Assembly: GCF_006345805.1 (NCBI RefSeq)
Contig: NC_043010.1
Coordinates: forward strand, 54,126,001-54,190,000
Direction: 5' to 3'
DNA length: 64,000 nucleotides
Origin: Octopus sinensis
Lineage: Eukaryota
The number at the start of each line of letters is the position of its first letter. The stretch's first letter is position 1. Shown piece after piece: positions 26,451 to 40,199 of this stretch. The translations under genes and the position numbers were made by a program. Under the pieces are notes generated by a model. It did no database searches. It saw nothing but the letters and a program-made list of their open reading frames with translations, and was not told the DNA's origin.

Positions 26451-27217
26451 ATTTTTACTCTATTTATTGCCAGTCTTTGTGTTTTAATAACATTTCTGAA
26501 AGTTATTTGGTGTTACGCGTGTATCCTCTGTTGATAAGAATCAAACTTTTACTTTCGTTTTTGCTTCCTGACGAGAAATCATTAGGTCATTTTTAACTCC
26601 ATTTAATCTTACCTCATGTGATTTGAATCTTGCATTGGCCACGAGTTAACGAGTAACATGGTGTCTTTCGCTCGATGTTTTCATTAGTATGTCCATTGTT
26701 CTGTTTTGGTAAATATGTTTCATTTTCTTTAGCCTTTTTAGTACTTTGTTTTTCTCTTATTTAATCTGTCGCCAGCGTCTTGAACAAAATTAGTCATATA
26801 ATGATTTATTTTTCGATGTTTTCAATAGTATGTTCATAACTTTTGCTTTTGTTTCCATGTCCTTTTTTTTCTTTTTGTAAATGATGTCGCCAGCGTGTAT
26901 AGATACTTGTTACTATTTAGTTTTATAATGATAATGATATAATCATATTTTTCAATACTTGATTTCGTTGTATTTATTTATGATACTAAGAAAATACACA
27001 TTATTGTGTCTTAGGTATTTAAATAGACTCACTGTTGCCGTTTATGTCCATTTAGCACAATTCTCGTTTTTCGCGTGCGGAAAGTACGGTAATATGAACA
27101 GTCAGTCGTTATATCAGGCGTTGTTGTGGCAAGCTTTAACCCACTAAATTTCCATCTTCCTTTCTTGAAGTAGTAGATAAAATAATAGAATGTTTATACG
27201 TATTATTTTATTTAACA

Positions 27218-27263
27218 CTAGCAGTATCGCCCGGCGTTGCTCAAGTTTGTAAGGGAAATAACT
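27218..27263 (-). mobile_element. Helitron 3' terminus fragment
   Basis: Minus strand ..GCAACGCCGGGCGATACTG-CTAG|T, similar to the Helitron end at 45715-45742. Confidence 0.65.
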
Positions 27264-27480
27264 ATACTCTTTTTTTACTCTTTTAATTGTTTCAGTCATT
27301 TGACTGCGGCCATGCTGGAGCACCGCCTTTAGTCGAGCAAATCGACCCCAGAACCTATTCGTTGTAAGCCCAGTACTTATTCTATCCGTCTCTTTTGCCG
27401 AACCGCTAAGTGACGGGGACGTAAACACACCAGCATCGGTTGTCAAGCAATGCTAGAGGGACAAACACAGACACATAAAC
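27264..27480 (-). mobile_element. SINE 3' half (family of 16024-16475)
   Basis: High identity to other copies. Confidence 0.88.
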
Positions 27481-28651
27481 AGGATTAATCCTGCTTCGTT
27501 TTATCCTGTTGGATAAAACGATTTTAGTTTCCAAGTAAGAAAAACAAGTCTCAACTGGGCACGCGGTTGTTTGCGAGTACGTGTATTGACAGAGCCCTGG
27601 AGGGCCGAAGTGCTTCTGGCTTTCTCGCCAGCATTTATGAGACGAATTTCGTCTCCCTGCAAAATGTATTTCTCCTGAGACACAGCACAAAAGTAAATTC
27701 GCCTTTCAACGATGCATTTACATGAAATAAAAATGTCTTTCTTTTTTAACATGTTTATTAAGTTTCAGAAAATTATATGTTTATTAATTTTACACGTGTG
27801 GTTCCTAGGATGGTTCAGAGCAATATTGTTACGAAATCCGCTGGTACGATGGGTTCACGTAATAGCGGAACGACAACCTGACAACTCCCGTGCTTTCTAT
27901 GCAGCCCTCCTCTCTTCAGCTTCTTTCATCATATCAGTTTCAGAGTGTTGCACTCCAGAATACACAGCACTATGACACAGAAGCGATTCTGAGCAAGATA
28001 TATGATCACACACACGCACACGCCACACATCCACAAACAGGCACCTCTTTATATGGAAGGGAATTTTATTTTCACGTATCTGTTACTTCTAAATGTAATT
28101 GTATATCGTTAAATTACTACCTTAAATATAATTTTGTTTTATTATAACATTCACTTATCTCTCCCCTTACTGTTTTTGCAGGAATAGAATGAAGGTATTT
28201 AATTCTATACAAGTATTCAACGATAGATTTTCGTAAATTAAAATTCATGAATTATATATATAAAAAATGTCTTGTACGATTTCTTAAAGATTATTTTTTA
28301 TAATCAATAATTTTTAATTTAAGAAAATATTTCTGCAAATGTTGTGACTGTATCAAGACTTCTTTGCAAATTATACATACATATACACACACACACACAC
28401 ACCTATATATACATATTTTATATATACATATATATATATATATACATACATATATATATACACACATATATATATATATACATGTATATACATACATATA
28501 TATATATAAACATATATGTACATACATATATATACATATATATGTACATACATACATACACACACACACATATATATATAAATATATATATATATGCATA
28601 CATATATATGTACATAAATACATACATATATATACACACTCATATATATAT

Positions 28652-28711
<60 letters not shown>

Positions 28712-29141
28712 TGTATGTATATTCACAGAGAGAAAGGGATAGATAGTTACACCCACATATACTCATACATTGATGATAGTATCTACTGAAATAATGCCTC
28801 TCAAGTAGTGAATATCAATTTTGGTTCTGTTTTTATCTTTTTTACTTTGTTACTTTTCTTTTTATACATTTATAAATTAGTTATCAGAAACGCAGTGCTC
28901 CTTGGTGACATTTTTTAATTTTATTTAATTTTTCCACTCAATTCAGTAATATATCAGGGGAACAATTGTTACTTTTCCTTTTTTTTAAATATCATAGGAG
29001 AGAACTTTCTGGAGATTAGAATTCTAATACTACAAGAGGTCATGAAGAAAAGTCAATGATACACAAGAAGAGAAAACATTTTATAAAATAATATTCAGCC
29101 ATGTTGAATTTCAGATTCTTTTTCTTAAGTAAGACATTTAC

Positions 29142-29231
29142 TTCCAAAACGTGAGGTGATGTAAGGTTTTTATCTCTGGTTGTCAGATATATTTGTTCAT
29201 GTTTCCTACATTGAACTCCATCATCATCCGT
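29142..29231 (-). CDS. Candidate 90-nt phase-0/0 exon, product unidentified
   Basis: Strong acceptor TTTTACCTCTCTTCAG, donor GAA|GTAAAT; only one frame is open: TDDDGVQCRKHEQIYLTTRDKNLTSPHVLE. Confidence 0.35.
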
Positions 29232-31921
29232 CTGAAGAGAGGTAAAACTTTCAAATTTCAAAAAAGGAAACAAAAGTTGAAGCGTAAGCTAGGGGTACAT
29301 ACATGCAAAACCATAAATAACTACGATATGTATATTTTCGCCTAAATTTATTTAAAAAAAACATTATAAAGACTTACAATAAATGATGTAAACAAACAAC
29401 GACGAATGGATTTTTCTGGCCCAACCAGGATTTTCGGTAGTCCTATAATGTATGGAAATTATTCTACGAGCTTACCTTATAGAATTACTAATAACATACT
29501 TTCTTGATACATCGTAAAATATACTAAATGATGCCTGGGAAGATACCCATAAGTAACAGTATGTTCCTGGAGAACTTCGACCAAAGTTGAGAAATGGATA
29601 CTCAAAACATATGAAATGTGTTACAATGGTGGTGTAATATTATAGTCAAATTAGTGATGACATATTACATAGGTAGGGAAAGCGTTAAATATCCTAATTT
29701 GATAATTGTCAGAATAGTCTGATAAATATCATCCGAAATGTTTCAGCTTTATTATGACCTCATCAACATAGCATTGCTTTCTCTCTATAGCTTTTTTGTG
29801 TGATGGACGAATTAGTAAAAGCAACATAAATGTTCATTGGTTCACATTCGGAATTAATACTTATTTAGAGGACAAATGTACTCAGTTTTCTTAATGAAAC
29901 CATATAGCCATCCGTGGATTCAAGCAGCGTACGTAGTGACTAGGTAGTTCAAAGGAGGCGAGAGTTGTTAGTTTCCTGGTAATATTGTCATTGTAGGCGT
30001 TGTGTTGTTGTGTATTTAGGAAGTTGACGAGCAGTCGTGTCTATCCCATTGCGTGGAATCCTGAGCAAAAGTAATTTTCGGCTCATACCCTGTGAGGGAA
30101 ATCAGATAGACAGAAACTATATACATAGATAATGGTCTGATGGATTATGCCTTTGATTGAAGTATGCAGTGTGGTAACTCAGTATGATTTAGTGAGTCGG
30201 CATGTTATTACGTTAAGAGCACCCATGTCAGTATGTGGAATTTTCAATAAATTACACTTTCGTTTAGCAGCACGTTTTACTGTAGCTCGAACAACTAAAT
30301 GTTTCGTCCAAGAACAGTGGTCCAACAAAAGAGAAATTCAAAAGAAAAGCAAAGCCGATCGCGGTAAACTTTTAACTCAAAACGTAAAGACGAATATAAA
30401 CGGTAACAATTCGGATGAAGGCTAAGGCGGTGAGCACACCTAGGAAAATGCTTAGTTGCATTTCGTCCGTCCTTACGTCCTGAGTTCAAATACCCTCCAG
30501 GACTGACTTTGTCTTTCATACTTCAGGATTTGATAAGTACCAGTTGAACACGAGTCAGTGTAATCGACTTATTCCTTCTCTAAATTGGTGCCAACATTTG
30601 AAGTCAATAATAATAATGATGATGAAGGCTGCTTCTAACAGACCAGGGTAATGCATTATGAGAGTTGGAAGAATTTCGAGACAATTAATTGCCACAAAGA
30701 GGGAAAACCTCTACCACATCCTCTCACAAAGTTGTTTGGCTCTAGTAATTGGATCTGCATTTTATATATATTTTTATATATTTTATTCCCTAGTCTTGAT
30801 GAACTGATATTAAATATACTCTTCTAGGTTAGCATGTTTAATAGAAGCATAAATGGGTGGAAGGGGGAATACTAGCAGAGTCATTAGATCGTAGGACGGA
30901 ATAAATTTGTTCCGATTCTCTGAAATCATTTACGCTGTAATCCTTGTGGCCTGGAAACGTAATACAATCAATATATTGAATTAATTAAACGTCGAAACAC
31001 ATTCCTTGCTGAATTGGTAGTACTCACTCCGCTCTGAATTTAATTGCCACCGAGGTCAACTTTCATTCTTTCAGATATTTTATTCCAGTTTCTCGTGTTC
31101 TGATATTCCTCATGATTGACTACATGGGTGGCAGGCTACCCGTCGCTAGTTTTAACACCACGGTCTGGCATGTGACAGTTTCTCTGGCGACAACCACTCT
31201 ATTGTAAGCATTTGACACATTCTGCCAATTTTAGGATAATCCCTTTCCTTGCATCCACCACTCTAAACGCCCTGTAATGGATTACAAATATTTCATTCTT
31301 CTTAGCTAAAATGATGAAAGAAAAATAAAACGATATATTTTAATCCTGATTGTCCTGAGACACCTTCAATATTTTTCAATCTAAACTTTATAATTTATTA
31401 AACGTTTTCTCTGGCAAATCCTCGAATGACGCCCAGTGTTAAATCTCATGATATCAAATAACTATAACTGCGATTTTGCTCACAACATTTTGCCACCAAA
31501 AATACAGTGTAAAACAGTGAAAACACGTAAGCAAACTGACATGTTATAAGAAAATAAAAACAATATGAAAAAACATTAACGCTACCGATCTTTGATCCCA
31601 GGAAAAAATGCCACGAAGCAATAATATATGTATCATTAAAGTGAAATAAATTTCTAATATAAAGGATGAGATTTGTGGTTGACATATCTGGGATTTATGC
31701 GAACATACATATCCAATGTTCAATGGAAATAGAGTAAGAGCCAAACAACCATGGGATCTCATACATTATATCAACTCGTTACATTTTGAAAAATCACGCA
31801 CCGGAACAAAGCCGATATATCTTAGTGAAATACGTCTAATAAATCATTGATGAATAAATCCATCCACGTTGCAGCATTTGGTGTAGGTGGAAAACTAAGT
31901 ATAGCAAAGTGAAGCCCTTAC

Positions 31922-31956
31922 CAGAAGCCCCTTTAAGAGATTTCGATGCCATCAGG
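31922..31956 (-). CDS. Candidate 35-nt micro-exon
   Basis: Acceptor ATG(T)nAG, donor CTG|GTAAGG; only open frame is LMASKSLKGAS. Confidence 0.25.
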
Positions 31957-32561
31957 CTAAAAAAAAACATAATGAGTCAACATTTTCAGCTGATGGAACT
32001 ATGACAGTTAGATAATTTCTCAAACCCATATTGTGGAACCGATATTGTCACAAAAATCCCAGGATTTTTTCTTGAGAAATATATTCATCTGCAACAAAAT
32101 TCTGTATACATCCGGATACATATGGATACATATGGATATAGTTCTCAATTTTAGTCATAATTTAGATTCAAAATCAGTACTTTTCAAGGGTGAGGGTAAA
32201 ATAGATACTATTGGACCCAGAACCTGACTATTATTTTATTTCAATACGGAAAAGATGAATAGTAAACTTGACCTTGATGAAATTTGAACGCAGAACTTTA
32301 AAAGTCGAAAGATATAAAGCAACGCATTTTCAACACGTCCTAACGAATCTACCATCTCACGGCCTTCTAAGATCGATTACTGACTGTGGTACTGGGGTAA
32401 ATGTTTGAAGGGTAGCCTTAGTCAATACCATATACATAGAAGTTGGTTTATACGGAAGAAATATCCCAAAGAATTACTCTTCGATAGCCTATCGATTTTG
32501 CATGCTCCCTGCCATAATTTCAGTCTTATGTGAGAAAATGCAATAATTTAAATAATTTAAA

Positions 32562-32792
32562 TTACTCTTTTACTTGTTTCAGTCATTTCATTGTGGCCAT
32601 GCTGGAGCACCGCCTTTAGTCGAGGAAATGGACTCCTGGACTTATTCTTTGTAAGACTAGGACTTATTCTATCGACATCTTTTCCCGAACCGCTAAGTTA
32701 TGGGGAGGTAAACACACCAGCATCAGTTGTCAAGCGATGTTGTGGGGACAAACACAGACACACAAACATATACACACACATACATACATACA

Positions 32793-32827
<35 letters not shown>

Positions 32828-33002
32828 TACCATATATACGACGGGCTTCTTTCAGTTTCCGCCTACCAAATCCTGTCACAAGGCTTTGGTTGACTCGAGA
32901 CTATAGTAGAAGACACTTGCCCAATGAACCACGCAGTGGGACTGAACCCGGGACCATGTGGTTCGTAAGTAACCTACTTACCACACAGCAACTCATACAC
33001 CT
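32562..33002 (-). mobile_element. Full-length SINE (family of 16024-16475) with internal (CATA)n
   Basis: Direct similarity to other copies. Confidence 0.88.
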
Positions 33003-33492
33003 ATAAAGTATGCAAGCATACTCAGAATATAAAATATAGTTGATATTAATATTAAAATCTTTACTTTTCAAAATAGGTTTGTATTTACATATGTAATAGC
33101 TTGATAATAAGTACATTTTATGTACAAAGAAAGTTATAGACTTAAAACATTTTCTTCACAACAACGATAAATGAATTGGTTCCGTTGACACAACACTTTC
33201 AGCAAAAGCATGGGTCGCTTATATCCCAGAAAGTAAACCAAAATGGAAAATTTTTGGTGAAACTGATGATGTTCTTGAGTGCTTGGGTAGAAGCTTCATT
33301 TAATCTGACGCCAAATATATTAGTGATTTAGATGAGTTTTAAGGGAATATGGAAATAGGAATTCATGACTAAAGATAATATCATCCTTTCTCCATTCATT
33401 AGTGGATTCCAAGAATATGACCGCAAATCTTCAATTCCTCAGTGATGTATAAGTATGCATGTATGATTACATATGTATGCATGCACGTATGC

Positions 33493-33557
<65 letters not shown>

Positions 33558-33575
33558 TATGTATGTATATATATG

Positions 33576-33643
<68 letters not shown>

Positions 33644-33994
33644 TCATCTCTGTATGTAACTAACTATATATTGATGTGTGTGCCTGTGTTTCTGTGTATT
33701 AATGTGTATGTGAATAAATATTTGTATGCGTCTTCGTGTGTATACATGAATGTGCATCTCTTATCCCGTGTCTTTAATGATTCGCAAAGACTGCTATATC
33801 CTGTTACATCCTGTTACATTTATTACTATTGATTTCTGCCCAGCAAAATTCAGAGCCCTTTTCAAACAAACCAATCGTTAATCCTATTTAAAACGAATGT
33901 TCTTTACACCAGCCTGTCTAATGTCACCAATCCCGATACCCTTATAATCGTTCATTCCTGCTACTTGATATCATTAGAATTGTGGATCACATGT

Positions 33995-34389
33995 AAGGTG
34001 GCGAGCTGGCAGAAATGTTAGCACGCCGGGCGAAATGATTAACGGTATTTCGTCTGCCGCTGCGTTCTGAGTTCGAATTCCGCCGAGGTCGACTTTGCAC
34101 CTCATCCTTTCGGGGTCGATGAATTAAGTACCAGTTACACACTAGGGTCGATATAATCGACTTAATCCGTTTGTCCTCTCTGTGTTTAGGCCCTTGTGGG
34201 TAGTATGTCGTCTATTTTGACGTTCTGAGTTCAAATTCCGCCGTGATCGACTTTGCTTTTCATCTTTTCGGGGTCGATAAATCATGTACCACTTACGCAC
34301 AGGGGTCGATGTAATCAACTTAATCCCTTTGTCTGTCTTGCTTTGTCCCCTCTATATTTAGCCCCTTGTGGGCAATAAAGAAATAAGAA
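33995..34389 (+). mobile_element. Tandem pair of SINEs (AAGGCGGCGAGCTGGCAG-head family; second copy headless)
   Basis: GTTCTGAGTTC(G/A)AATTCCGCCG...GGGGTCGAT...TAGCCCCTTGTGGG occurs twice (about 34063-34203 and 34222-34389). Homologous copies at 30424-30610, 39250-39472, 42890-43097, 53823-54044, 56503-56968 and 60653-60840. Confidence 0.88.
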
Positions 34390-34977
34390 TTGTGGATCAA
34401 ATGAATACTTCATCATCATCATGTTGCTCTTCCTTCTCTTCTTCCTCCTCATCTTCTTCGTCTTCTTCCGCCTTTACTACTACTATAACCACCACCACCA
34501 CCACCACCGCCACCGCTGCTGCTGCTGCTACTACTACTATTACTATCACTTTTTTATTTTGTTTTCATTTATTTGCGGAATCTCTCTTCCCATCTCCTAC
34601 CACTTCTCTACGACCTCATCTTCGACCACGTCTTCCCTGCATTCCATAATGGATCTCACTTGGGAACAGTGAATTCATTTCAATTGCAAATCTAATTGCC
34701 GATCTTCCGCAAAAAACAACAACAACATAGATTCCTGTAATTTCATTACAAGATTGATGTCTTCCTATGTTGTATAGATATCATAAAAACATGAACAAAC
34801 CAAAGAAGAGACACTCATACGTAAACACTGCGGCCTGAGTATATTTTGTTTGGAAATGATTTCAACAACTAGCAAAATATCGAACTCATTTTCTACCAAA
34901 TTTTAAAAAGCAAGTGCTTCTACAATTTTCGTGCTTTCTTAATTAATGCCCAACCTATATGATTCTCTCTCTCTCCT

Positions 34978-35039
<62 letters not shown>

Positions 35040-35063
35040 AATATATATATATATATGTATATG

Positions 35064-35162
<99 letters not shown>

Positions 35163-35295
35163 CCCTAGATGATAAGGGTAAATGTTTTTAATTTGCCTTT
35201 GATTTCTGAATTACTACTATTTAGCGGTTTGAGTTTGGCTGCTCGTTTTAGTGAGTTGAATGACCTATCAAGGCCATTCCTTAATATTATTGTTG

Positions 35296-35425
35296 AATGT
35301 ACATTATATAGTCTGTTGACTATTTCTTCTTTCTCACTAGACCGCTGGTGGCGAAAAAATTTCTATTGAATTTCTTGCTACCCTGATATTGATTAATATA
35401 TATATATATATATATAATATATATT

Positions 35426-35470
<45 letters not shown>

Positions 35471-35600
35471 ATATGTATGTATGTATGTATATATATTATT
35501 AATAAATTCCAGGGTAGCAAAAATAATTAAGAAAATGTCTTTGCTACCACTGGTCTAGCCAGAAAAAAAAAACTAGTGAATAGACTATATATTATTCATA
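35296..35600. repeat. ~90 bp inverted repeats flanking a (TA)n/(TATG)n core
   Basis: ..CTAGACCGCTGGTGGCG...TTGCTACCCTG (ends 35385) versus CAGGGTAGCAA...TGCTACCACTGGTCTAG.. (starts 35510). Confidence 0.7.
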
Positions 35601-35618
35601 TAAAAAACAGTGTACATG

Positions 35619-35780
35619 TAAACACATAAGAGATGGCCATAACAGGACATATGACCCACTAGAAGGAGTAGTTAAACTTCAAACCACTATTAGGGTGAAT
35701 TACCCATAATAGTGGTTTGGGGTTTAACTACTCCTTCTAGCGAGTCAGATGTCCTGTTATGACCATCTGTTCTGTGTTTA
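35619..35780. repeat. 162 bp near-perfect palindrome (~80 bp arms, 3-nt loop)
   Basis: TAAACACATAAGAGATGGCCATAACAGGACAT...ATTAGGGTG-AAT-TACCCATAAT...ATGTCCTGTTATGACCATCTGTTCTGTGTTTA; about 9 mismatches. Confidence 0.92.
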
Positions 35781-35828
35781 AATGCCCACTGTATTTTTAG
35801 ATAGATAGAACGATAGATAGATAGATAA

Positions 35829-36498
35829 GTTTCTTTATTGACCACACAGGGCTGCACACAGATGGGACAAGTTACAAGGTAGAGCTTTTCTTTTGGGGGA
35901 TGAAAAAAAAAAGGTGGCGTAGGTTTTCGATCAAAAGGGATCGTAAATGGGGAAGGAGAAAAAAGGAAAAAAAAAAGAAAAAGGGAAAGGAACAAAAGAA
36001 AAGAAAAATGAAAAAAGAAGAAAAAAGAGGAAAAAAGGGGAAGAGGAAAAAAACCATTAATAGGGATCGTGTATCACAGTGTCATGATGTATGGTGTAAA
36101 GGGGAAAGCAAGTAAGGTTTATCCGTGGGAAGAAAAGCCTACGAAAAAGACCACGGTAACCATAGTCAATATTGTTATATGTTACCACATTTATTTGCAA
36201 GTGGGTAACCCTCTATTTTCAATTTCTGGGTTCATAGGATCATGCTTAAGGTGGCTTCGTCATTCATACGTGCCATCCTTGCTACATTCACCCATCTTTT
36301 TTTAAAACGTTCGCTAGACAAAACCTGCCTCTCTACTCTCACTTTCCTTTTCAAGTGGTACTTGAAGAAGTTGATGAGAGGTTGACCAGAGAGGAAAGTG
36401 TTTGTCTCCAATCCTTTCAGACGCGTCCACCAGATACATTCTGTCGCCATAGCCACACGGATGATGAAAATAGCTCTTCCTTCCCGTTTGAAGGAAGG
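35829..36498 (-). mobile_element. 5'-truncated L1/Tx1-like LINE (ORF2 C-terminus plus 3' UTR) between (TATC)n tracts
   Basis: Uninterrupted frame 36498-36232: PSFKREGRAIFIIRVAMATECIWWTRLKGLETNTFLSGQPLINFFKYHLKRKVRVERQVLSSERFKKRWVNVARMARMNDEATLSMIL*, then a T-rich UTR ending GTGGTCAATAAAGAAAC. Clade call is by resemblance only. Confidence 0.65.
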
Positions 36499-36594
<96 letters not shown>

Positions 36595-37070
36595 GGACTG
36601 GGGGCGCCAAAGGATCTCTGCCTTATTGAGCTAGTTTTTCATGAGTTCGTATTTGACACAAGTAGACAGCAACATTAGCAAATTATTATATGCAGTGACT
36701 AGTGTTGTGCACATACTTCTACTTTCGTAAAAAATAGTCAGCTGTCTTTCAATAAACACCAAGAAAATAATGTAAAATTTTATACTTAGCTTTATATCAA
36801 GTTTCCGTTGTATCAAGTTGTATATAGCACTTTATATGCCCGTGCAGCATATATGTAGGAATATGGCTATATGAGTTTAGTTTATGAGTAACCGAGTATC
36901 TTATATTCAAGCATGATATATTGAAGCATGTATCTTCATCTTACTACTTATTATACACAATACATATATGAACAGGCATAAACGTTTATATCCACACTCA
37001 GTGATATACATGTGTGTGTGTGATTAGATCTGTCCCATTATGTACGCATTTTTGATAATTGCCCCGATAT

Positions 37071-37113
<43 letters not shown>

Positions 37114-37960
37114 TATATATATTATATATATATATATATATTATATATATATATGTACATATATTATATATGTATATGTATATATCTATATCTATCTATC
37201 TGTCTACCTATCTATCTATCTATAACTATATATATACATATATACATACATATATATATTATATATATATGTCTATATATATATATATATATACATACAT
37301 ATGGCATTTGACACGTATATACTATCGTACGCCGGATTACTTTACTTAAAGGCATTACTCATTGTAAACGTTCTATGAGGATCATCAAATAATCAATTGT
37401 GGCATCGAATCTGTAGGACTCCGCTGATGCTCTAAAGGTTAAGCATGTTTCTTCTACTACAATAAATAGGCATTTGCCCTCTAGATTGTTATTTTGTACA
37501 TTTAACAGCAATTCGTATCTCTTACACAAGTACATACTTGCTTACTTATCAAACTCATTTTTCATTTCGTATCACATTAATAAACAGTTATTTTGAGGCA
37601 TTGATATTCAACAGAGTTTTATTTTAGTTACGTAAAATGCAGATACCAACGTTTAACTTATTGCGTTGCTTAGAAAAGGACGACGAGTATTTCATGTTCT
37701 TAATATAAGTCCAGACAAGTTATTTCTCCCTTTATTCCTGCAGCATTTTGCTTCTTCCAGTGGTAATTGAACTAACATATATATTTATATACATACATGT
37801 GTTTGATTTGCGGCAATACTATACATACATACAGACACACACATATATATATATCTATATATCCGTATACATATATGTGTATATATCTATGTATATAAAT
37901 ATATGCACACACACACACACACACCACACACACACACACACACCACACACACACACACAC

Positions 37961-38001
<41 letters not shown>

Positions 38002-38214
38002 TATATATCTATATATATATATATATTATATATATATATATACATACATGCATGCATCTATACATATACACTACGGATTGCTTGAAGCAAACATACTTCC
38101 TGCAACTCAGCACTTAGATCTTAATTATATATATATATTATATATATATATATATATACATATGTATATCTCTATATGCATGAATGAATGTATGTATGTA
38201 TTTATGTGGTCATG

Positions 38215-38465
38215 TTGTGTCTGTGTTTCTGTTTGTTTCTCTTAGTCCCTTCATCACCGCTTGACACACCGGTGTTGGTGTTTTTGTGTTCCTGAAATAT
38301 AGCGGTTCAGCAAAAAACCCCAAAAAGATCGATAGAAGAAGTACGAAGCTTGAAAAATAAGTTCTTATGTCTATTCTTAGGTCTATTTCTTTGATAACAA
38401 AAAAAAAACCTTTCGTGGCAGTACTCCCAGCGTGACTACAGCGAAATGACTGAAACAAGTAAAAG

Positions 38466-38467
<2 letters not shown>
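38215..38467 (+). mobile_element. Diverged SINE 3' half
   Basis: Similarity to the 16024 family, ending AAATGACTGAAACAAGTAAAAGA. Confidence 0.75.
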
Positions 38468-38514
<47 letters not shown>

Positions 38515-39249
38515 ATATATATATATATATATATACCTGTGTGTGTGTGTTTGTGTGTGTATGTATGTATGTATGTATGTATGTATGTATGTATGTATGT
38601 ATGTATGTATGTGTATATAATATTGTCTGCAAAGGAAATGTTATGCTACTATGAGAAAATGCGCCGTAATACTTTTGTTCTTCAGATGCTGTTCCTTTAT
38701 AGTTAATGCAACTACACATATCCTCATTATGCAGCAGACACGACACTTAATTTCGGCAATTACAGTTTGTTTTTACCTTTGACTAATGATGTTGCACGTC
38801 TACTGAAATATTTCGGTGATTAGGTAAAATAATGCTCATTCGCACACAAAAGGTTGCTGGGTAACTGTCTATGCTGAATAATTCATTGAAGTCATATTCT
38901 TTGATTGTATTTACGGGTATTTTAGTCGGTTATTATGAAGTTCTATTGGCATACACATCAAATGTTTCGGAAAATCTTGTATTAGTTTGAAAGTATGTTA
39001 AGTACAAGGAAAGAATATTGAAATAACGACGAAAGAGTCAAATCAAAGAATAAAGGCGGCAATTGCAAAAATTAGAAGCTAGGGAGAAAAGAAACAGCTA
39101 ATATAACCAAGATCATTTTATTTTTTAACCAGATCATAAAGTTTTATCGCATTCATATACTTATTGAAAATTTGCAACTGAGAAATGCAACACTGAAAGC
39201 TAAAGGAATTTAATTATTTGGCCGAGAAAATTATTAGAAAACATCTAGC

Positions 39250-39472
39250 ACATTAATGGGTTTCAAATTTTGGCACAAGGCTAGCAGTTTTTTTTTGGGG
39301 GGGGGAGGGGATAAGTTGATTACATCGACCTTGGTACTCAACAGGTACTTATTTTATCAACTCCGAAAGGATGAAAGACAGAATGGACATCGGCGGAATT
39401 TGAACTCAGAAAGCGGCGTAATGCCGCTGCTCATGTCGCCGGCTGCGCTAACGATTCTGCCAGCTCGCTGAT
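39250..39472 (-). mobile_element. SINE (AAGGCGGCGAGCTGG-head family)
   Basis: Similarity to the 33995 and 56503 copies. Confidence 0.8.
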
Positions 39473-39904
39473 TTAAAGCCTAGCATAATAATAAAATACA
39501 GTAATGTGGCGAGCTTGCAGAATCGTTGCGGGTTCAAATTGCACCAAGTTCGAATTTACGTTTCATCCTTTCTGGTCAATGTTCTAGAAAGTATAATACT
39601 AATAAAATGCTGGGAAAATATGGAGAACATTTACTATGAAAATATAATATAGAAATATCTTATACATGTCCATTTTGTACACGCTTACTAGCTAGAGGTA
39701 ATTAACAAATTAATTAAATTCTACTGATAATGCTATAAGCTTGTATGTCGAGTGGAGAATGTAGCACTGCTTTAGAAAAAATATTTCTTGGGGCTGCACA
39801 GAAATTCAAAAGAAACACAACCTGAATTTATATGAGTTCTGAATATGAGGCATGACATGCATCTAATGTTTGATAAAAAGAATAAAAACTTGTCGATGGG
39901 CGCA

Positions 39905-39940
39905 GGAGATTTGGTAGACGGAAACTGAAAGAAGCTCGTC

Positions 39941-39988
<48 letters not shown>

Positions 39989-40199
39989 ATGTGTTTGTAT
40001 ATGTTTGTGTGTGTGTGTCCTCCCCCCCAAAAAAAACATCACTTGACAACCGATGCCGGTGTGTTTACGTCCCCGTAACTTAGCGCTTTGGCAAAAGAGA
40101 CCGATCGAATAAATACTAGGCTTACAAAGAATAAGTCCTGGGGTTGATTTGCTCGACTAAATGACTGAAACAAGCAAAAGAATAAAGAGTAAAGAGTAA
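39905..40199 (+). mobile_element. SINE, 5'-truncated (16024 family)
   Basis: Direct similarity to other copies. Confidence 0.85.

Noticed and set aside
27481-27520. Perfect hairpin CGTTTTATCC-TGTT-GGATAAAACG next to palindrome AGGATTAATCCT
   Set aside because: Real but short, at a SINE truncation edge; no function can be supported.
29735-29775. Minus-strand TTGATGAGG..CTGAAAC hammerhead-like string
   Set aside because: C3 is missing, stems II and III are poor and there is no stem I; at best a decayed relic.
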